NCBI GenBank assembly: GCA_004764695.1
Contig: SMSO01000035.1
Span: 4,414,040 to 4,478,039, forward strand
Reading direction: 5' to 3'
DNA: 64,000 nt
From: Schizochytrium sp. TIO01
Taxonomy: Eukaryota > Protista > Bigyra: Labyrinthulomycetes
Each line of letters starts with the position of its first letter. Position 1 is the stretch's first letter. A program made the position numbers and the translations under genes. This document shows, one piece after another, positions 57,529 to 64,000 of this stretch. Under the pieces are notes generated by a model that searched no databases, had not been told where the DNA came from, and was given only the letters and a program-made list of their open reading frames with translations.

Positions 57529-60500
57529 TTAGAAAGTTGGGTGAGCGATAAGAGCAACGCCCCTCAAAATAACGTTGTTGCCTAGGTCAGCGCTGACATG
57601 AACGTCTGAGAGGAGATGAGAGCGGGAAGCATTCGTGTAGAGCGGCAGACGAACATGTTTGGAAGCATCTGGGGTCACGTTCTGGGACCACAAAAATGTG
57701 CAAGAAACCGATGAACGAGACGAATTAGCATCCTCAATCTGAGATCCACCTTCAAGGATAACCTGAGATGTAAAGCTAGCTGTGTCGCTCTGATCATGTT
57801 CCCCATCAAAGCTTGCAAATAAGAGAAGCTCCTCAAGTGAAAGTCCCGAAGACTTGGCTACCTGTTGGCGCGTCGCTGTTAAAAAGGCACCAGGAGAAAA
57901 GAGCAGCCCGAAGTCGAGTTGCAGTGGCAAGCGAAAGGCAGATTCACCCTTAGAAAGAACCTTTTCGAATGAGTCAAGGCGTACAAAAAAGTCCTGGACC
58001 CATGCGTCTAAGCTTGCAGCCGGCATCACAGCAAGCCAGTCAGCAGGAACAGTTTTTTGTTGAATATGTGTTGCTAGAGCTTGCAACTCGTTTGTCATCC
58101 TCTGCTCGCCTCGAAGCACGGCAAGCATACCTGTACTTTTTGTACGCAAATCTCGCAAAGTAGTGACAGCAGTACGTGCTTCACGCTCCCAGCAACGAAA
58201 GATGGGATTTGACACAAGCTCCTCAGTACGGCAAAGTTTGGATTCACAAAGTTTCATGAGCGAGTCGGCCTTCTCGGCCTTGTCAGACCATACCTGAACT
58301 TGTTGCAGAGCCGTAATCATCCATGCTGGACGATTGGAAACCGTATCTTCAGATGACGATTCTAGAGACTCATCGCCAGCCACATCAACAAGCATAGAAT
58401 GCTCTCCAGCCTCAAGGCGCACAAAGATTCGCTGGAAGCGTGCAGACTCATTCTTCAGAAGAATGTTTTCCGCAGTGCGAGACAAACCGAGCCAAGACGG
58501 ATCATTCGAAGATGGCAAATCGGCCACCCAGGCTTCAAACCGAGCCTTTGAGGCGCCCTCAGGAGCTTGCAGAACACCATCCACCAGATTGAAGTCTGTT
58601 TCAAAGATCTCTGGAACAAAGACACCCTCCAAAATTCCGTCAAGGATCTGTTGATCAAATTCATTATCGATGCGACCACCATAGGTGGACTCGGCAAGAA
58701 TCGAACGGATTGCGGCCCATGGAAGCTCCTCTGGAGCTACATGTTCACGACCGTTAGCAATGCGGTCCACCCATTCATCAATTACATCCATTGCGCAGGT
58801 TTGATCTGCATCACTGAATTCGTACAACTTTGTCCATCCAATTGGAGCAAAACGTAAACGTTCGAGGAGGACAGCATGAAACCAGGCCAACGAAAAATAG
58901 AGGCGAGAACGTTCTTTCGGCGCACGCTCCATACGGTCAGTTGGCATGGCTTGCAGTGACCGAAGTAAACTGGCTTTGATTCCCTTTGGAGCTTCAAACA
59001 TGAGTTTGTTACTCTGACGCAGGAGAGTCTTTGGCAGCTTTTCACTCAATTCTGAAGTAAGAATCAGGCGGAAATCATTACGAGCACGCATTCCATAGAT
59101 GCGTTTCTCCAAAGCCAGCAGCCATTCGCTCGCTAGGTGCACATTCTTAAGCATAACCCAGCCACCTTCTTGCGCGCCTGCGGCAATGGCAGCATCGGCA
59201 TCGCGAAACCCTTCAGCAGAACCTAATGCTACACTGCGGCAACGAACGCCTGCGGCCACAGCAAGGCGATCCACCTTCCCACTCATGTCAAAACCACGTG
59301 TGCTGAGCAAGAGAACAGGAGTAGATGCTTTTGCCTCATCTGCGATTGCAGTAGAGAGGTCAAGCATTGTGCGCTGAGGGTCGAGGAAGCTCTTACCAAA
59401 GGTAGTATCTACAACGCACGTCAGGCCAGCGAACACACGGTCCGGGCGAAAGATACGTAAAGCTAACACACGATCCACAGGATCTTTATCCCATCCTTCC
59501 GGCATTTCATGTTCGGGAGTTTCGGAGCGAGCCATCGAAACCCATGCATTCGTATTACTAGAAATACTTTCCACAAGCTCAGGGCGAGTTTGCAAAGTTT
59601 GTGCCAACGCAGAGACATCAACTTCACCTCGTACTTCAGTAGGGAGATCCTTAATGACCTCGCGTGCGGCGGAAAGATCAGCAGCAGCGTCACTTGCTAA
59701 AGTTTCAGTAAGGCGTGCACCAAGCTCTGGGTCAGCAGCACCGGCTAGAATAGCTGCAAAGAGCAGCTCATCACGCTCCATGAGAGATTGTTTCACTCTG
59801 CGAAATAGCTCAGCAAGGAATCGCGCACGCAAAGTCTCGAGTCGCGCTTCGTGAGTGGACTTACTATCTGCTTGAGTGTTGCCAAGCAGACCATCAAGCA
59901 CCTCAAAAAAGAATGCAAGTGAGAAATGGTAAGTGAAATGAACCTCGACCATACGACCGAGGGCGAAGTAAGCACGAGAACACATTGCCGCAAAGTGGCC
60001 GTAAAACGTAGAAACTTTCGCCACCGTCTCGAGGACTTCGTCTGCCTCAGCAGCCTTTTGCTGAATATCCTTTGCTTCTTGCTTTAGACTCTCAAGCGTA
60101 TGAATAATGGAATCGTTATCAAGAATGTTTCCTTGAGCTTCGTTGATGGAGTCTAACAAACGATCTTCGAGCTCTCGCAAACGTGCTTGAAATTCACCCT
60201 GCAATTTCAAAAGATCCTCGCGCTGTCTTTCCACATCAGGGCGCTCCGCTCGCAACACCTTACCCAGACACAATGCCTCCAAACTCGCGGGAGTCACCGT
60301 GAAATTCACGAATGTCACACGGGAGCAGACATCAGGTGCAAATTGAAAGGTCGAATCGCGAGTGGTCAAGTACATAGAGAAGCTAGGACTAAAGTCGATA
60401 TCTTGGTCACCCAGGCGAACCAGCATGCGGCCACCAGTGCGGTGGATTTCGCGGTTTAAGACTGGATTCAAAATAGGATCAATATTCTCCACGTCAGTGA

Positions 60501-63500
60501 TAACTAGGCATGTACCAAATCGAAGAGCACTTTCGAGCTGCTTCATGAACGATGCATCAAGGAAACTAGTTTTCACCACCTTACGATCCTTGAGGTGCTT
60601 CATCAGGAAGTCAGAAGCTTGTCCGGAAGGATCAACCACAAGTGGGAACCGGTTAAAGTTTTCTAGGATCACAGCATTTTCCTCACACAAATTGTCCTTT
60701 GGCAGCCCCTCTGCATGCCAGGTAAGCCGTTCAGAGGGTCTTGCCATGTATTCTACCAACGAAAGGCTCTTTCGGAAGACAATACCAAAGCGAGCGAGAA
60801 GATCACGCCATTCTGTGAGAAATGCCTGTCGCTGCTGAAAGCCGAAAAACCCACCATAAGAGATAAAGGCAGCAGAGAGAAGGACATCTCCAACTAACGT
60901 GGCCATTTGGTCACTGAAGCCAATGCGTGCTTCTGACCAACGTTCGTTTTCTTGAGAAAGAGAGTTCAATAAAGCAGTGGACCGCTCAACCTTTGTCTTT
61001 ACGGTGTTCATCTGTGATTTAATCGTCTCTGTTTCCGCAATTAGGACTGCATATTCCTCCTTCAGCTGAACAATCTGAGCTTCGAGCTCAGTCACCTTTG
61101 CCATCTCTTCACTTTGACGTTCTCGCAAAGTCTCAGACTCAAGAGCAAGCTCTTCGATTTCCTCCCGTAGAGGTTGAATTCTCAAGAGAATACCAGCATA
61201 GTCGAGCTGCGAGACAATCCATTTGAAGAGCGCCACGCAAGCCTTGTTGGCATGCATAACCTTCTCTTCAACAAAGTCAGGATTCTCTAGCATTTTGGAT
61301 ACCTTAGCCCTGCGATCTTCGTCAAGATCTTCTGAGTTGAAGTTCACCACGTCAGGAATGAATTCGCGACGCTGAAGGATACGGCGGATATCTGCCCAGG
61401 AAGAAAATGACAGACCCAACATCACGCAAACAGCCTCCAAAGTAAGCTTCACAGCAGCGGGAGGATTGTTCAGGGAACGCATCTCATCAAGGTGAGCCCG
61501 GCGAATGTCGCTGACCGCCTTTTCGGCATCAATCAATGCAGGCTTCGCGCGGCTCAGCTCAGCTTCAGCGGTTGCACGTTGCTCATCTACCTTTGCGTTA
61601 CGCTCATCAAGCTCAATCCCCATCTGCTCAGCATCATTCTTTTTCTTTTCAGCCTCATTTTGATCGCTCACCATCTGCTGAAGTTTGGCATTAGCTTCTT
61701 TGTTTTTTGCTTCAAGCTCTGCCTCTTTGACGGACAAGCTCTGTCCAAGCTGTTCAACCTGCTCGGCGGTCTCGCGCAGCTTATCGAGGCCAATGTTCAG
61801 GTGTAGCTGCTGCTCCTCCAAGTGTTCGCGCTTCTTGTTGTAGAGGTCAACATAATGTTTAATGAGATCCAAATAGTCGCGAGGGGATACATATGTATGG
61901 TTTTCATGGCGCCCTGCTTGCACAAGGGAAATCTTCTGAACTGAATCATGAATCGAAACAAGAGAAGCTACCACAGCATGCCGGTAGCGAAGTTGCTCAT
62001 CTTCTGACTTAGCTGCGCCCGCAAGACAAACCTCAATTTCGTCAATAGCGTCCTGAGAGGGCGGCACATAATCCTGTGAACTTGCTTCAAGGTCAAGCGT
62101 GCGCGTGAACTCATGTGCAACCTGAGCTAAAGCTTGTCCAGACCAGTCTCCAAACCAATCAACAACACAACGATTGAAGAGTGCAGGTGAAGTTGCCGCG
62201 CGATTTTTCAAGTCACTTGACGCAGGGTTCATGGTGAATACCACATGTAGATTCCGCTGCACATTGCGCGTGAATGCCTTAAATACCTCTTCATCATCAT
62301 CAGTGTCGATAACTGCACCGGATGTGCCATCCCGTTGGAGAGCCTCTCGGCATGTACTCATCAGTGAATTGTATTCATCACCTTCAAAGAGACCAGGGAC
62401 CTCACCACTAGCTAAAAGTGCGTTCATACGCTCCAAAAACGCAGACTCCAACACGTTGGACTCATCAAAAATAAAGCAAACCTTTTCGCCCTGACAACCT
62501 GCCTGTTTCATGATGTATCGTAAATCTTCGTCGAAATCATCCAAGCTATACTTTCGTGAAAGTTTGATTTGGAAAACTCGGAGTCCATTCATCCAAGCTA
62601 CGAAGCGGGATAAAACGGTCTTTCCTGCACCTGACTTGCCCACAAGCAGCAAGTGCCCTAACGGTTGACGAAGAACACGATCAATCCTCAAAACATGCTC
62701 AAGAACGTCATCGAATACAACAAGCGGTACGTTGAGTTCCTCTTCGTAAAACACGCGTAGGCGGGCCTCCACATGCTCTCGAAGCTCGTCCTGACTTACG
62801 CTAACGTAGTTCTTCGTAATCCAGTTTGCAAAAAGGACAGGTCGCGCAAGTGCTTCATTGTGGTCTGCACCAGGAAAGCGGCTCTGCGCAATTTCATCAA
62901 GGTTTTCAGAACACCAGCCACGTTCTTCGCTGCTGATAAGGCGGTCATGAAACAAACGAAGGCCTTCATGAAGCCACAAACGCACAAGCTGGTCAACTGA
63001 AACAGACTCCATTTGTCCAAGCGCCTCGTATAGGGCTCTCATCCAGCGAGAGAGTTCACGCGGACTGTACACATAGTGCGGTGCAACGTCGGCAGAGAAT
63101 TTTGCTTTATTCGCTGCATATACATCCACCATGGCATCAGTAAGCGCATCACCGTGAGCACGCAGAGGGGGTTGGAGCTTAAGCAAGGCGCGGTTAAAGG
63201 TCCCGTAGATTTGCCTCAGAGAATCTGGCACCGGATAGTCTACAAGAAGTAGCGGAGTGTGTCGCAAGAAACGGTGAGACAAAGGAACGCGCCCAGGGTC
63301 TGTCGGAGGGTTACACGCACTGACAAACTGTATACGTTCAACGGAAACCCAAGCTAGATCACGAGGGCGCCAAAATCCCCCTTGCTCGACAATTTGCCGC
63401 ATAAATGTGATAACATGCTGGGTGCCATAGGCATCCGTAACTGGGAGATTGACCTCATCACAGAAAACAACAAGCCAGCGGTCAGGTTGCGGTGGCGCGA

Positions 63501-64000
63501 GCACAACCCCAGAACGTGTTGTTTTATACACGCAGTATTGCTCAAAAGTCTTCAAGATAAGCTCTGGCGTTGTAGCTGAGCTGAAGTTCAAAGAAGCCAG
63601 TTCGAAATTAGGCATACCTTGAAGCACGCTCGTCAATGACATAGTTTTTCCTGAACCTGGAGGACCGCAAAGGATCAACGGACGGTGCTCATCAAGCCAG
63701 GCGTGAAGAACCTGAGCATGGCGCACAGTATCAACTGTGGGGATCACTAAATCCGTATCCATGACACGGTGCGGGTCAATCTCCATTTTTGGAACACTTT
63801 CCTTCCACGGTCTCCATCCTCCATCTTCGACATTGACCTCAAAGTCCCACAGTTCAGCAGGATCAGCGGTAGGCAAGTCAATTGTGGTTCGGGAGCCCAC
63901 AGCTACAGCAAGCTTATGGCGAGCTTCAAAATCCATTGAACCACCAAATCCCCAAAGCACTGAAAAGAGAGCCCATCGGGAAAGGAATATCTGCATGTGC
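57529..64000 (-). CDS. DYNC1H1: Cytoplasmic dynein 1 heavy chain, 3' part (AAA3-AAA6, stalk/MTBD, C-terminus); 5' end lies beyond the window
   Basis: LCGPPGSGKTM, LNFSSATTPEL, VFCDEVNLP..YGTQ, CNPPTDPGR, HYVYSPRELSRW, GKSGAGKTVLSRFVAWMNG, ATSPALFNRC, CSRVTFVNFTVT, YGGRIDNEFD. Confidence 0.97.
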   Translation of the reverse strand, partial: HMQIFLSRWALFSVLWGFGGSMDFEARHKLAVAVGSRTTIDLPTADPAELWDFEVNVEDGGWRPWKESVPKMEIDPHRVMDTDLVIPTVDTVRHAQVLHAWLDEHRPLILCGPPGSGKTMSLTSVLQGMPNFELASLNFSSATTPELILKTFEQYCVYKTTRSGVVLAPPQPDRWLVVFCDEVNLPVTDAYGTQHVITFMRQIVEQGGFWRPRDLAWVSVERIQFVSACNPPTDPGRVPLSHRFLRHTPLLLVDYPVPDSLRQIYGTFNRALLKLQPPLRAHGDALTDAMVDVYAANKAKFSADVAPHYVYSPRELSRWMRALYEALGQMESVSVDQLVRLWLHEGLRLFHDRLISSEERGWCSENLDEIAQSRFPGADHNEALARPVLFANWITKNYVSVSQDELREHVEARLRVFYEEELNVPLVVFDDVLEHVLRIDRVLRQPLGHLLLVGKSGAGKTVLSRFVAWMNGLRVFQIKLSRKYSLDDFDEDLRYIMKQAGCQGEKVCFIFDESNVLESAFLERMNALLASGEVPGLFEGDEYNSLMSTCREALQRDGTSGAVIDTDDDEEVFKAFTRNVQRNLHVVFTMNPASSDLKNRAATSPALFNRCVVDWFGDWSGQALAQVAHEFTRTLDLEASSQDYVPPSQDAIDEIEVCLAGAAKSEDEQLRYRHAVVASLVSIHDSVQKISLVQAGRHENHTYVSPRDYLDLIKHYVDLYNKKREHLEEQQLHLNIGLDKLRETAEQVEQLGQSLSVKEAELEAKNKEANAKLQQMVSDQNEAEKKKNDAEQMGIELDERNAKVDEQRATAEAELSRAKPALIDAEKAVSDIRRAHLDEMRSLNNPPAAVKLTLEAVCVMLGLSFSSWADIRRILQRREFIPDVVNFNSEDLDEDRRAKVSKMLENPDFVEEKVMHANKACVALFKWIVSQLDYAGILLRIQPLREEIEELALESETLRERQSEEMAKVTELEAQIVQLKEEYAVLIAETETIKSQMNTVKTKVERSTALLNSLSQENERWSEARIGFSDQMATLVGDVLLSAAFISYGGFFGFQQRQAFLTEWRDLLARFGIVFRKSLSLVEYMARPSERLTWHAEGLPKDNLCEENAVILENFNRFPLVVDPSGQASDFLMKHLKDRKVVKTSFLDASFMKQLESALRFGTCLVITDVENIDPILNPVLNREIHRTGGRMLVRLGDQDIDFSPSFSMYLTTRDSTFQFAPDVCSRVTFVNFTVTPASLEALCLGKVLRAERPDVERQREDLLKLQGEFQARLRELEDRLLDSINEAQGNILDNDSIIHTLESLKQEAKDIQQKAAEADEVLETVAKVSTFYGHFAAMCSRAYFALGRMVEVHFTYHFSLAFFFEVLDGLLGNTQADSKSTHEARLETLRARFLAELFRRVKQSLMERDELLFAAILAGAADPELGARLTETLASDAAADLSAAREVIKDLPTEVRGEVDVSALAQTLQTRPELVESISSNTNAWVSMARSETPEHEMPEGWDKDPVDRVLALRIFRPDRVFAGLTCVVDTTFGKSFLDPQRTMLDLSTAIADEAKASTPVLLLSTRGFDMSGKVDRLAVAAGVRCRSVALGSAEGFRDADAAIAAGAQEGGWVMLKNVHLASEWLLALEKRIYGMRARNDFRLILTSELSEKLPKTLLRQSNKLMFEAPKGIKASLLRSLQAMPTDRMERAPKERSRLYFSLAWFHAVLLERLRFAPIGWTKLYEFSDADQTCAMDVIDEWVDRIANGREHVAPEELPWAAIRSILAESTYGGRIDNEFDQQILDGILEGVFVPEIFETDFNLVDGVLQAPEGASKARFEAWVADLPSSNDPSWLGLSRTAENILLKNESARFQRIFVRLEAGEHSMLVDVAGDESLESSSEDTVSNRPAWMITALQQVQVWSDKAEKADSLMKLCESKLCRTEELVSNPIFRCWEREARTAVTTLRDLRTKSTGMLAVLRGEQRMTNELQALATHIQQKTVPADWLAVMPAASLDAWVQDFFVRLDSFEKVLSKGESAFRLPLQLDFGLLFSPGAFLTATRQQVAKSSGLSLEELLLFASFDGEHDQSDTASFTSQVILEGGSQIEDANSSRSSVSCTFLWSQNVTPDASKHVRLPLYTNASRSHLLSDVHVSADLGNNVILRGVALIAHPTF

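Overview
Eukaryotic nuclear DNA from an intron-poor, microsatellite-rich microbial eukaryote. A stramenopile such as a thraustochytrid is my guess from gene style, not something the sequence proves. About 17 housekeeping-type genes are present: cyclin E-like cyclin, PRCC-like protein, an unknown membrane-anchored protein, a ZIP7-type zinc transporter broken by two +1 frameshifts, ISD11/LYRM4, VPS2/CHMP2, phosphomannomutase (1 intron), CDK8 (1 intron), NOC4, a UbiA prenyltransferase, a COQ11-like SDR, an NRBF2/Atg38-like protein, a GH38 alpha-mannosidase, an ankyrin-WW protein, a RING-ankyrin-2OG/Fe(II) oxygenase, a pseudo-REC cyclic nucleotide phosphodiesterase, TsaE and the 3' part of cytoplasmic dynein heavy chain. 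There is also a tRNA-Ala(AGC). The top finding is a multiply frameshifted Fanzor2/IS607-TnpB-type RNA-guided nuclease remnant (about 41227-41670, minus strand). It can only be read by joining three frames, has hairpins downstream where an omegaRNA would lie, and has a 31-bp minisatellite upstream. Other points: a bacterial-type TsaE with a mitochondrial-like presequence, a RING-ankyrin-hydroxylase fusion whose CDS overlaps its ankyrin-WW neighbour, a PDE lacking the invariant Gln, a candidate small Pol III hairpin RNA, and recurrent CTA/TAG-rich blocks upstream of genes. All assignments come from motif recognition by eye; no database searches were run.
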